Source: Gammaproteobacteria bacterium
Lineage (GTDB): Bacteria > Pseudomonadota > Gammaproteobacteria > JAABTG01
Assembly: GCA_030066245.1 (NCBI GenBank)
Contig: JASJBY010000032.1
Span: forward strand, 1 to 44,205
DNA length: 44,205 bases
Reading direction: 5' to 3'
Position 1 is the first letter of the stretch; every line of letters starts with the position of its first letter. The notes under the pieces are model-generated. The model searched no databases, was not told the origin of the DNA, and worked only from the letters and a program-made list of their open reading frames with translations. The translations under genes and the position numbers were made by a program. Positions 9,897 through 18,678 of this stretch are shown here, one piece after another.

Positions 9897-9920
9897 CGGG
9901 TATCGCGTCAGCGTTAACGA

Positions 9921-11399
9921 CTAGCCTGAGAACGTACCCTTGCCGTAACGCTCTTCGTAGCCCTTGCGGATCTTGTCAATCTGATCCTTGCCCATGCCGT
10001 CGAAGTACCAGGCATGGCCAGCGATGGGCCTGAAGTGCTTCTCCAGCAGTTCCTTGGCCTTCTCTTCGCCCGCCACCTTCTTCAGCTCGGGGATGAACTT
10101 GAAGTAGGTATGCTTGGCGACGTCGTAGATGCCGTGCCACCAGGCGTAGTCAGGACCGCTCATGGATGCGCCATGGCGCGCCCGACGGCCTTCGTGATGC
10201 CAGATCTCCCACCACACCCATTCGATCTTGTCGTCGAAGGGGCTGGGCGTGATCAGGCCCTCCTTCTTCAGGTCCGCCATGATGGCCTTGACCGGCTTCG
10301 CGAACTTATCATTGTAGAGGTCCACCAGCGCATCGAACTGATGATAGTGCCCCGTCACCATGCCCTCCGCGTGACAGGCGCGGCAGACGGACTTCATACG
10401 GTCGCGCCGGTCCTGCCAGGTGAGCACCTGGGCCACCTTCGACCCTTTGGCCTTGTCGCCCACTTTCGGCACCGGATTCCCCTCGGGCACATCGAATTCC
10501 TGGCCGTTCTCCAGCTTCACCAGGTTGATCTTCTTGGAGACCGGCGCCCTCAGGTTCCAGGAGATGCGCTCGCCCACGTTGTGGGTCTTGCCGATCCCGG
10601 GCGCAGCGCTCATGTGACAGGTGGAACAAGTGGGTGCAGCCCAATAGTCGACGCCCGCCTCCCACTTGTCCGAATGCAGGTTCATTTCCTCTACACGGGC
10701 CTTGTAGATAATGCCGTGCTTGGACTCGTTGTACACCTCGATCTGCGGATGGTCGGGGCCGATGTGGCACTTCCCGCAGGTCTCGGGTGTACGGGCCTGG
10801 GCCTTGGAGAAACCATGCCGGCCGTGACAGGCCGTGCAGGATCCCTCGGACCCGTCCGGGTTTTTGCGCCCGATACCGGTGTTGGGCCAGGTCTCTTTGG
10901 TCGGTTTGCCGTCGGCGCCGATTTCGACCTCAGCACCGTGACACTGGCGACAGCCCACGTTCACCGCGGCAGGCCCGCCCACGACCTCGCCCAGGAGGTT
11001 GTCCAGGGACGCCAGGATGCGGCCGGCATGGGAATGGTGGGAGCCGTCCATCTCCTGGAACTCTGTCTCGTGACAGCGCGAGCAGTCTTTGGGCGAGACG
11101 ATGATGGAGATACGAGCCCCGTTGTGCATGAAGCCGTCCTTGTCGCCCTCCTCGGCCCTGTGGCAGTCGTAGCAGTTGACTCCGCTTTGACCGTGCTGGC
11201 TTTGGTTCCACTGCTGCCACATGCCCGGGCTGGCCTGGCGATGGCAGGCAGTACACATCTCCCCCTTTTTGTCGCCCCAATCCACGCCGATCTTTCCGGC
11301 CGGTCTGGCCGCCTGCGCCGGCGTCAGCATCGCAAGCATACAGGCACCGGCTATCCACGCGGGTAGCCACTGCCAGAGACTTCGGCTGCTATTTGTCAT
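9921..11399 (-). CDS. Octaheme c-type cytochrome, hydroxylamine oxidoreductase (HAO) family
   Basis: Eight CxxCH motifs are present: CTACH, CYDCH, CSRCH, CRQCH, CTACH, CGKCH, CSTCH, CRACH. There is no CxxCK motif. Blocks such as ETCGKCHIGPDHPQIEVYNESKHG and APTCSTCHMSA resemble N. europaea HAO as I remember it. I place the start at 11399 (MTNSSRSLWQWLPAWIAGACMLAMLTPAQA, a signal peptide) because GGAGG lies 6 nt upstream of it. The ORF-track start at 11423 has no SD. Confidence 0.85.
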   Translation of the reverse strand: MTNSSRSLWQWLPAWIAGACMLAMLTPAQAARPAGKIGVDWGDKKGEMCTACHRQASPGMWQQWNQSQHGQSGVNCYDCHRAEEGDKDGFMHNGARISIIVSPKDCSRCHETEFQEMDGSHHSHAGRILASLDNLLGEVVGGPAAVNVGCRQCHGAEVEIGADGKPTKETWPNTGIGRKNPDGSEGSCTACHGRHGFSKAQARTPETCGKCHIGPDHPQIEVYNESKHGIIYKARVEEMNLHSDKWEAGVDYWAAPTCSTCHMSAAPGIGKTHNVGERISWNLRAPVSKKINLVKLENGQEFDVPEGNPVPKVGDKAKGSKVAQVLTWQDRRDRMKSVCRACHAEGMVTGHYHQFDALVDLYNDKFAKPVKAIMADLKKEGLITPSPFDDKIEWVWWEIWHHEGRRARHGASMSGPDYAWWHGIYDVAKHTYFKFIPELKKVAGEEKAKELLEKHFRPIAGHAWYFDGMGKDQIDKIRKGYEERYGKGTFSG

Positions 11400-11441
11400 T
11401 GTTCGCCTCCGTTGATGAGCCAAAAGGGTGCACGGGCATCG

Positions 11442-11460
11442 TTCACTGCAGATCAGTGAA
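11442..11460. promoter_or_regulatory. Perfect inverted repeat TTCACTG-N5-CAGTGAA in the cytochrome leader or promoter
   Basis: Read directly from the sequence. It lies 43-61 nt upstream of the cytochrome start codon. It could be an operator or a 5'-UTR hairpin. Confidence 0.3.
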
Positions 11461-11536
11461 TAACCCTCTAGGTGACAAGTGTACCGTAAGCGATGGCCGG
11501 GCTATGCGTCCATGGAAAGGCAAACAACGAAATACG

Positions 11537-11550
11537 TTGATCTAGATCAA
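11537..11550. promoter_or_regulatory. Consensus FNR/Dnr-type box TTGAT-CTAG-ATCAA
   Basis: A perfect 14-bp palindrome matching TTGAT-N4-ATCAA. It sits in the divergent intergenic region between the cytochrome gene and the Crp/Fnr gene. Confidence 0.65.
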
Positions 11551-11780
11551 GGGCCATTAGCAACTACCGATGGTTCCATTCCGCCAGGCGTAGCCCCTAT
11601 ACTTGCACACTCGGACGTGATGCCTGCTTGTGAGGGATGGATTCCTGCGCCGGCCGCGACTGCCCGGGAGCCGGGAAAACGTCGCGCCGGACGCCGACTA
11701 GACTTTTGGAGACAGGGTGAACCAACAGGTGTCGCCAGACGGGCTCGAATCCGTCGCCAGACACCCGGGAGTGCCAGCTC

Positions 11781-12542
11781 GTGCTTGACCCAGCCAGCAT
11801 CGATGCCCTTAAAAAGAGTCACCTGTTCTCCGGATACGCCGCGCGCGACATGGCGGAGATCAGCCGCTTCGCCAAGCTTGTCTACCTGGAGTCCCACGCC
11901 GTACTGTTCCGCGAATCCGAGCCCTGCAGCGCCATCTACTGCCTGGTAGAGGGGCTTGTTAAGCTCTGTCTCTACGGTCCCAAACGGCAGGAGAAGATCG
12001 TCGAGATCATCGGTCCAGACCAGACCTTTGGCGAAGCCGCCATGTTCTCGGGCCAGGGGTATCCGGTCTCAGCCGTCGCCATCGAGGATTCGCGACTGAT
12101 CGCCGTGGACGCGTTCTCCTTCATGCGTTATCTGCGCCAGCGGCCCGAGCTGAACTGGACCATGATGGCCATGTTGAGTCGACGAATGCACCAGCTGGTC
12201 GGCCAAGTCAAGTCCATGTCGCTGCACAACGCCGAGCAGAAGGTCGCCAAGTACCTCATGGACTATTACGACGACGATTTTCCCACCCGTCCGGTAAGCA
12301 ATCTGCCCCCGCGGCGAGCCGACCTGGCGGCTGTGCTGGGGATCACCGCGGAAACGCTCTGCCGGGTCATCGCGAATTTCCGGCAACGGGGCTGGATAAC
12401 GACCCTGGACAATGCCATCGTGGTGAGTTCCCCGGTCGATATGCGCGGGCTGATAATGGATGTTCGGCAACCTGGGGAATCCTCCAACCGTCGGAAGGAC
12501 GTGGCCGTGCCCTCAGTCGACCACCTGCCCGCCGCGGGCTGA
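11781..12542 (+). CDS. Crp/Fnr family transcriptional regulator (no FNR-type N-terminal Cys cluster)
   Basis: GTG start. It has a cNMP-binding-like N-terminal domain (LFSGYAARDMAEISRFAKLVYLESHAVLFRESEP...GEAAMF) and a C-terminal HTH (RADLAAVLGITAETLCRVIANFRQRGWI). Confidence 0.85.
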   Translation: MLDPASIDALKKSHLFSGYAARDMAEISRFAKLVYLESHAVLFRESEPCSAIYCLVEGLVKLCLYGPKRQEKIVEIIGPDQTFGEAAMFSGQGYPVSAVAIEDSRLIAVDAFSFMRYLRQRPELNWTMMAMLSRRMHQLVGQVKSMSLHNAEQKVAKYLMDYYDDDFPTRPVSNLPPRRADLAAVLGITAETLCRVIANFRQRGWITTLDNAIVVSSPVDMRGLIMDVRQPGESSNRRKDVAVPSVDHLPAAG

Positions 12543-12596
12543 TGCAGCGCGGCCCTTCAAACTGAATCCACCGACAGCCTGACCGGGTCGGTCGCG

Positions 12597-12622
12597 GCAG
12601 TCTGTTGGCTTCGGGAGACTGC
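12597..12622. terminator. Hairpin between convergent genes (GCAGTCT-N12-AGACTGC), no clear U-tract
   Basis: A perfect 7-bp stem read directly. It lies between the stop of the Crp/Fnr gene and the stop of the GGDEF-EAL gene. Confidence 0.3.
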
Positions 12623-12638
12623 TGCCTGGGTAAGTGCA

Positions 12639-15600
12639 CTACTGAGCAGCGGGGGCGGTGCGCCGGTTTTCCCGGGATCGCGCACGTGCGTGGGGCCCCT
12701 CCAGGCTGGCTGGCTCATCGGCCTCCGCCATCTGCCAGCCTCCCAGCACCTCCGCACAGCTCTCCGGGGGCAACGGCTCGCTGATCACATGCCCCTGGAT
12801 TTCGTCGCAGCTGTGGCTGCGCAGAAATGCGAGCTGAGCCTCGCTCTCCACCCCTTCCGCCACCACCCGCAGGCGCAGCTGGTGGGCCATGGCAATGATT
12901 GCCGCCACAATAGCCGCATCGTTGGCATCCACGGCAATGTCGCGCACGAACGACCGGTCGATCTTGACCGAATGAATGGGGAACCGCTTCAGATAGCTCA
13001 GCGAGGAATAGCCCACCCCGAAGTCGTCAATGAGCAGGTGGATACCCGCCCGGCTCAACTTCTTCAGAATAGCCACCGTCTCCTGCAAATCTTCCATCAA
13101 GGTACTTTCGGTTATCTCCAGCGCCAGGCGCTGGGGCTCCAGACCCGAGTCCGACAGCAGGCGGCGCACGGTCTTGACCAGGCGTTTGTCGCGTAGCTGA
13201 CGCAGGGAGAGATTTACTGCAATTCGGACTGGCGGCAGACCCTCGGCCTCCCAGACTTTGGCCTGGCGAACCGCCTCCTGGAGGACCCACTCACCGATGG
13301 GCACAATGAGCCCCGTGTCCTCAGCGATGGGAATGAAGTCATCCGGCGCCACCATGCCGAGCACCGGATGGTCCCAGCGCAACAGGGCCTCGACGCCCCG
13401 GATCTCTCCTTCCTGCAGGCTCAGCCATGGCTGATAGTGCAGACGGAATTCGTTGCGTTGCAGCGCCTTGCGCAGGTTCTGCTCCATGAGCAGGCGCTCG
13501 GCCACGGCTGCGTTCATGCGCTCCTCGTAGAACATGTGGCTCTGGCCGCCCTGCTCTTTGGCGTGATACATGGCACTATCGGCGTTCTTCACCAAGTCGG
13601 CTGCCGTTTCGCCATCCTGCGGATAACAGGCAATACCGATGCTGGCGTTGACGAAGACCTCATGCCCGTCGAGAGGAAAGGCCTTCGAAACCCGCTTGAC
13701 GATCTTCCGGGCTATCGCAGAAGCGGTTGGGACGATGTCGCGCGCCTTCTCGATGCCGGGCACGATGATGGTGAACTCGTCTCCACCCATGCGCGTCACC
13801 GTGTCGGTTTCCCGCACCGCACCCCGCAGGCGCTCGGCCACGCCTTTGAGAAGCAGATCACCCACGTGGTGGCCGAGGGAATCGTTGATCGGCTTGAAGC
13901 GGTCCAGGTCGAGGTAGAGCAGAGCTACCTGAGAGCCGGTCCGATTCGCCTGGGTAATGGCCTGGTCGAGTCGATCCTGAAACAGCACGCGATTCGGTAG
14001 ATCGGTCAGTGCATCGTAGTGGGCCAGGCGGTATATGCGTTTCTCCGAGAGCTTCTTCTCGGTCATGTCGGTAAACACGCCGATGTAATGAGTTACCAGG
14101 CCATCCTCCCCGCGCACGGCACTGACCCCCAGCCACTGGGGATACACCTCACCGTTCTTCCGCCGGTTCCAGATCTCACCCTGCCAGAACCCCGCCTGCT
14201 GCAGCGATTGCCAGAGATTGTCGAACAGCATCTGGTCTTCGCTGTCCGCGACCAGGGAACGATAGCTCTTGCCCCTGACTTCGCCTTCGCCGTAGCCGGT
14301 GATGTCGCTGAAGCCGTCGTTGACCCGCAGTACCTTGCCCCCGGCATCGGTGATAACCACACCTTCGAGACTGTTGCGGAAGACGGACGCCATCAGGCGC
14401 AGCTCCTCTTCCACCAGCCTGCCCGCGGTCACATCGTTGCCGACCGAGAGTATCTCGGTCAGCTCCCCGTCGGCGTCCCGGACTGCCTTGTTGGTCCAAG
14501 CGATCCACACCCGCTCGCCGTTGCGGCGCATATTCTCGTTCTCGTTGTTGACGTACTCCTCCGGATGGCGGCTGATGTCTTCAACCATCGCCGCCAGGTC
14601 CCGGCCGGTGGACTCGGTTTTCGGCACAATGGTGCCGACGATGCTCCGCCCGAGGATCTCTTCCTCGGAATAACCGAAGAAAGCGAGGGCGAAGCTGTTT
14701 ATGTAGGTGATCCGACCCTGCAGATCTCTCCGCATGATGATGCTGTTGGCGCTCTCGACCAGTTCGCCATACCGGGTCTCACTCGCCTTCCAGGCCTCTT
14801 TAGCACGGCGTCGCTCCTCCGCTTCTTCCTCCAGTCGCCGCTTCGAATCCTGCAAGGCGGCTGTACGCTCCGCAACGCGCCGCTCAAGCGTGTCCCGGGC
14901 ATCCATGAGGGCCTGTTGAGAACTCAGCAACGCCCGCTCCGCCCGATGGCCGATAACAAAGAACAGAGCGATCAGACCCACGCCGAGCACCGCAGACATA
15001 CCAGCGACCAGCCAAACGGCCCGGTCGGCCTCGGCAACGACCCGGGTGACGTCCTTGAGCACCACCAGCTTGCCCACCGGCCGCTCTGCGACATCGCGGA
15101 GCGGCACGAAGCTCCCGCGAAAAAAGCGCTGATCTCCCGCGCGGATTTCCACCCCGTGCTGGGCCCCGCCGGTCCGGCCTGCCGCCTCCACCACTGCGGT
15201 CGGAAACCGCTTGGGCGCGCTGTTGGCCACGACCATCTCGTCCAGGTCATCCCAGGTGTTGGGGAGCCCGAGCACGCTTCTCCCCGCCTCCCAGCCCTCC
15301 CGCTCGAGAAACTGCTTGTCGACGGTGACAACCAGGCCAACTTTCAGGATATCCGCAAGACGTCCTATCAGGTGACCGATGGTCTCCCCAACTTCCACAT
15401 AGCCCACCAGCTCCCCGTCGGCGTACCAGGGAGACACGGCGCGTAGTGTGAGTGTGCCCAGCACCCCGAGCTCAACGCCGGACACTATCTGCGAGCGCTC
15501 GGCCGCCTTCTGCAGGGTCAGCCTGTCGATGGTGTCGCCGAAGCGTGCGGGATCGTGAAGCCGCAGGATCACCTCGCGCTCGGGGCTGAGAAAGTAGAAA

Positions 15601-15920
15601 TGCGCAATTCCATGGCTGGAACGTAACGCATCGAAGAGAGCCGACGACTGCTGCATCAGCGCCTTCCGGTCTCTGGCACGCAGCGCTGCCCTCCAGCGAT
15701 CGTCGCGCATGACCACGGAGAGCACCGCCTGCATTCGCTGGGCGTCGCTGGCCAGAGCGGTTTGCAGCAGTTGTGCCGCGTAGCGGGTGCGCGCAGCTGC
15801 CTCCGCCTCGATGCGGGAATGCTGGTAGTAGCGCACCGCCAGCACGGACGCAGCGACAATGACGCCGAGTATTATGGTCAATGGCGCCAGCAGGCGAATC
15901 TTTAGGCCACCTTTCCTCAT
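12639..15920 (-). CDS. Membrane sensor with PAS domains, GGDEF diguanylate cyclase and EAL phosphodiesterase domains
   Basis: 1093 aa. Two TM segments (LLAPLTIILGVIVAASVLAV and VWLVAGMSAVLGVGLIALFFVIG) flank a roughly 270-aa extracytoplasmic region. A coiled coil and two PAS-like regions follow. Intact RMGGDEFTII, EALLRW, DDFGVGYSS and KIDRSF motifs are present. Confidence 0.9.
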   Translation of the reverse strand: MRKGGLKIRLLAPLTIILGVIVAASVLAVRYYQHSRIEAEAAARTRYAAQLLQTALASDAQRMQAVLSVVMRDDRWRAALRARDRKALMQQSSALFDALRSSHGIAHFYFLSPEREVILRLHDPARFGDTIDRLTLQKAAERSQIVSGVELGVLGTLTLRAVSPWYADGELVGYVEVGETIGHLIGRLADILKVGLVVTVDKQFLEREGWEAGRSVLGLPNTWDDLDEMVVANSAPKRFPTAVVEAAGRTGGAQHGVEIRAGDQRFFRGSFVPLRDVAERPVGKLVVLKDVTRVVAEADRAVWLVAGMSAVLGVGLIALFFVIGHRAERALLSSQQALMDARDTLERRVAERTAALQDSKRRLEEEAEERRRAKEAWKASETRYGELVESANSIIMRRDLQGRITYINSFALAFFGYSEEEILGRSIVGTIVPKTESTGRDLAAMVEDISRHPEEYVNNENENMRRNGERVWIAWTNKAVRDADGELTEILSVGNDVTAGRLVEEELRLMASVFRNSLEGVVITDAGGKVLRVNDGFSDITGYGEGEVRGKSYRSLVADSEDQMLFDNLWQSLQQAGFWQGEIWNRRKNGEVYPQWLGVSAVRGEDGLVTHYIGVFTDMTEKKLSEKRIYRLAHYDALTDLPNRVLFQDRLDQAITQANRTGSQVALLYLDLDRFKPINDSLGHHVGDLLLKGVAERLRGAVRETDTVTRMGGDEFTIIVPGIEKARDIVPTASAIARKIVKRVSKAFPLDGHEVFVNASIGIACYPQDGETAADLVKNADSAMYHAKEQGGQSHMFYEERMNAAVAERLLMEQNLRKALQRNEFRLHYQPWLSLQEGEIRGVEALLRWDHPVLGMVAPDDFIPIAEDTGLIVPIGEWVLQEAVRQAKVWEAEGLPPVRIAVNLSLRQLRDKRLVKTVRRLLSDSGLEPQRLALEITESTLMEDLQETVAILKKLSRAGIHLLIDDFGVGYSSLSYLKRFPIHSVKIDRSFVRDIAVDANDAAIVAAIIAMAHQLRLRVVAEGVESEAQLAFLRSHSCDEIQGHVISEPLPPESCAEVLGGWQMAEADEPASLEGPHARARSRENRRTAPAAQ

Positions 15921-16033
15921 GCCCGTTCAGCGAGCGCTGCATACATGTTCATCACCGGCGGTCCATCAAGCGTCAGAAACATGATATCAGCCTGCGTGGG
16001 CCCGGGCGTCGTGGCGGCCCGGGGACAAGCGCC

Positions 16034-17035
16034 TCAACAAGCCTCACCGGCTAGCCTTACGACGGTCCGCCCCCGCAGCTCCCTACTCAGCAGCTGCTGG
16101 AAAACCCGGGGCAAGTCCTCGAGGCCAACCGTATGAGGCGCGATGCTTCCCAGGTGGGCGGGCTTGAGGTCGGAGCCCAGACGATCCCAGACCGTGCGCC
16201 GCATACCCATCTCACATCCTGCCGAGTCGATTCCAAGCAAGCTGACGCCGCGGATGATAAACGGCATCACCGTGGTGTTCAGGTCGTGGCCGCCGGCCAG
16301 ACCGACACTGGCGATGCAGCCCCAGGGCTTCACAGTGCGGGTAAGCCAGGCGAGGAGCTCACCACCCACATTATCCACCGCCCCGCCCCACATCCCTTTC
16401 TCCAGAGGACGGCCGCCCTTCTCCAGCTCCTGATGCAACAACACCTCGGCAGCGCCAAGCTCGGAGAGGTAGCCCTGCTCCTCCGGGCGGCCCGTGATGG
16501 CAGTCACTGAGTAGCCCCGGGCAGACAGTATGTCCACCGCGAAGCTGCCCACGCCACCCGTAGCGCCCGTCACGACTACCGGACCGCGCTCCGGAGCCTG
16601 GCCGTTGACTTCCATGCGTTGAACCGCCAGGCCCGCCGTGAAACCCCCGGTACCGATTGCCATGGCCTCGAACAGGGACAGTCCCGCCGGCAGCGGAACG
16701 ACCCAGTCAGCCGGCACCCGCACGTACTCAGCATAGCCACCGTCGTGGTCCTGACTCATGCCGAAGCCGGTCACGAGCACATGCTCGTCCTGCTTGTACC
16801 GCTGGTCGCTCGACTCCACCACCCGACCGCACACGTCGACTCCGCCCACCATGGGGAAGCGACGCATGATCTTGCCCCGGCCGGTGCCGGCCAGCGCGTC
16901 CTTGTAGTTCACGCTTGAGTAGGCAGCCCGGATCACCACCTCTCCTGGTCCGAGGTCGTCGAGGCAGATCTGCTCAATCCGGGCGGCGGTCTTGTCACCT
17001 TCCTGATGGACGCGAAGGGCGGAGAATTTTTCCAT
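16034..17035 (-). CDS. acuI: MDR-family NADPH oxidoreductase, YhdH/AcuI (acrylyl-CoA reductase) type
   Basis: VVIRAAYSSVNYKDALAGTGRGKIMRRFPMVGGVDVCGRV and VVVTGATGGVGSFAVDIL match the YhdH/AcuI subfamily pattern. Confidence 0.75.
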   Translation of the reverse strand: MEKFSALRVHQEGDKTAARIEQICLDDLGPGEVVIRAAYSSVNYKDALAGTGRGKIMRRFPMVGGVDVCGRVVESSDQRYKQDEHVLVTGFGMSQDHDGGYAEYVRVPADWVVPLPAGLSLFEAMAIGTGGFTAGLAVQRMEVNGQAPERGPVVVTGATGGVGSFAVDILSARGYSVTAITGRPEEQGYLSELGAAEVLLHQELEKGGRPLEKGMWGGAVDNVGGELLAWLTRTVKPWGCIASVGLAGGHDLNTTVMPFIIRGVSLLGIDSAGCEMGMRRTVWDRLGSDLKPAHLGSIAPHTVGLEDLPRVFQQLLSRELRGRTVVRLAGEAC

Positions 17036-17291
17036 AGCTGGCCACTCCAGGCTTTGGATGCAAACGATCGTCCCGACCTGGACCTGCTGGCCCGGTTCCT
17101 TGTGGTTCGATGCCGATGCTTCGCAAACGTGTAATCACCGCGCAACCTCCCTCACGGTGACCTCCTCAAGTTTAGAAGCAAGCGGCCCGAATTGGGAGTC
17201 TGAATCCAAGCGGCACAATTGCCGCCGGCAGCGCGCGAGGGCGGCCTCGCCGCATCCGGCGAGCCCGTTGCAGGTCGGATGAGCGCGTTCG

Positions 17292-18488
17292 TCAGGCGCC
17301 GCTCAGCTGCTCGAGACCGTGCTCCAGGTCTGCCTGCAGGTCCTTCACGTCCTCCATACCCACCGCCACGCGCAGCAGGCCTTCGCCTATGCCCGCGGAT
17401 TCCCTGGCTTCGGGGCGCATACGACCATGGGTCGTGGTGGCAGGATGGGTGATGGTGCTCTTCACATCGCCCAGATTGGCCGTGATGGAGAGGAGCCGGG
17501 TGCTGTCCACGATGCGCCAGGCCGAGTCCCGGCCGCCGGCCACGTCGAAGGCGACGATGCCCCCGAAGTCCGACTGCTGGCGTGACGCCAGCTCGTGCTG
17601 TGGGTGGGTTTTCAGTCCGGGGTAGTAAACGCGCCGTACCGCGGGCTGCTCCTCCAGCCATCTGGCCAGCGCAAGCGCATTGGCGCTGTGCGCCTTCATG
17701 CGCAGTGACAGTGTCTCCAGGCCCTTCAGGAAGACCCAGGCGTTGAACGGACTCATGGTCGGCCCTGCCGAACGCAGAAAACCGAACAAGTCCCCACCGA
17801 CCAGGTCCCGGCTGCCCAGGACCGCACCGCCGACGCATCGCCCCTGGCCGTCCAGGTATTTGGTGGCCGAATGGATGATGAGGTCAGCGCCCAGCTCGAC
17901 GGGCCGCTGTAATGCCGGGGTGCACAGACAGTTGTCCACGACCAGTAGGGCTCCGTTGTCGTGGGCGAGATCGGCAAGCTGGCGGATATCCGCCACCTCC
18001 GTTAGCGGGTTGGACGGAGTTTCCAGAAACAGCAGGCGGGTGTCCCGCCGCACGGCTTCGGACCACGCCTGCATATCCGTGAGGGGAACGAAAGTGGTCT
18101 TCAATCCGAAACGGGACAGGAGAGTCTCGAACAAGACGACGGTTGTGCCGAATACGCTCTCCGAGCAGACAATGTGATCCCCGGATTTAAGCAGGCCCAT
18201 GCAGGTGGTCAGGATGGCGGCCATGCCCGAGGCCGTCGCCACACAGCACTCCACCGATTCCAGCGCAGCGAGACGCTCCTCGAAAGTGCGCACCGTGGGG
18301 TTGGTGAAGCGAGAGTAGATGTTGCCCGCTTCGTCGCCGGAAAAGCGGGCTGCCGCCTGGCGCGCACTTTCAAACACGAAGCTGGATGTGGGAAAGATAG
18401 GCTCGCTTTGCTCTCCCTCGGACGTGCGCACCTGTCCGGCGCGCACGGCGAGTGTGTCGAAGCCGAGTTCGGACTTGCGCTGTGTCAT
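17292..18488 (-). CDS. metZ: O-succinylhomoserine sulfhydrylase (PLP-dependent)
   Basis: GFDTLAVRAGQVRTSEGEQSEPIFPTSSFVFESARQAAARFSGDEAGNIYSRFTNPTVRTFEERLAALE is a typical MetZ N-terminus. The segment SATKYLDGQGR is consistent with the PLP-lysine region. Its position next to purF matches the Pseudomonas arrangement. Confidence 0.85.
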   Translation of the reverse strand: MTQRKSELGFDTLAVRAGQVRTSEGEQSEPIFPTSSFVFESARQAAARFSGDEAGNIYSRFTNPTVRTFEERLAALESVECCVATASGMAAILTTCMGLLKSGDHIVCSESVFGTTVVLFETLLSRFGLKTTFVPLTDMQAWSEAVRRDTRLLFLETPSNPLTEVADIRQLADLAHDNGALLVVDNCLCTPALQRPVELGADLIIHSATKYLDGQGRCVGGAVLGSRDLVGGDLFGFLRSAGPTMSPFNAWVFLKGLETLSLRMKAHSANALALARWLEEQPAVRRVYYPGLKTHPQHELASRQQSDFGGIVAFDVAGGRDSAWRIVDSTRLLSITANLGDVKSTITHPATTTHGRMRPEARESAGIGEGLLRVAVGMEDVKDLQADLEHGLEQLSGA

Positions 18489-18519
18489 CTGCGTACTCTC
18501 CGGGCCTGCGCACCAGGCA

Positions 18520-18555
18520 AAAAAAAACCTGCCTTCAGCACGTGCTAAAGCAGGT
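18520..18555 (-). terminator. Strong intrinsic terminator immediately upstream of metZ (about 30 nt before its ATG)
   Basis: The minus strand reads CCTGCTTTAGC-ACGT-GCTGAAGGCAGG followed by T9. It serves either as the cvpA-purF terminator or as a metZ attenuator, or both. Confidence 0.75.
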
Positions 18556-18620
18556 CTCCCCCTCGCTTTAGCAGTACTTGTTAAGCGCCCGCAAGCTGAA
18601 GCTCAAATCGGCGCTTTCGT
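18556..18620 (-). promoter_or_regulatory. Candidate metZ leader or riboswitch (SAM-II-like pseudoknot layout plus antiterminator)
   Basis: The minus strand reads AAGCGCC-GATTTGAGCTTCAGCTTGCG-GGCGCTT-AACAAGTACTGCTAAAGC. This gives a 7-bp P1, a U-rich loop with GCUU, and a 3' AAAGC tail able to pair with GCUU. The same GCUAAAGC is perfectly complementary to GCUUUAGC, the left arm of the terminator. Confidence 0.35.
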
Positions 18621-18678
18621 CACTCTAGTTCGAAGTCTAGTCCAATCCGACGGTCGCCTCCAGAGGATTCAATCGTGT

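Noticed and set aside
10014-11366. 450-aa plus-strand ORF
   Set aside because: It lies entirely antisense to the well-supported octaheme cytochrome gene. The product is Gly/Arg/His/Val-rich with no motifs. This is a typical high-GC antisense artefact.
14019-15446. 475-aa plus-strand ORF
   Set aside because: It is antisense to the PAS-GGDEF-EAL gene, whose domain motifs are intact. The composition is not protein-like.
17140-17170. GGAGG-N5-GTG mini-ORF (MREVAR*) upstream of the acuI-like gene as a leader peptide
   Set aside because: It has six codons with no regulatory codon bias and no associated alternative hairpins. It is most likely a chance occurrence.
18620-18645. tRNA-like T-arm sequence (GTTCGAAGTC) downstream of purF
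   Set aside because: It is only an imperfect palindrome around TTCGAA. There is no acceptor stem, anticodon arm or D-arm context.
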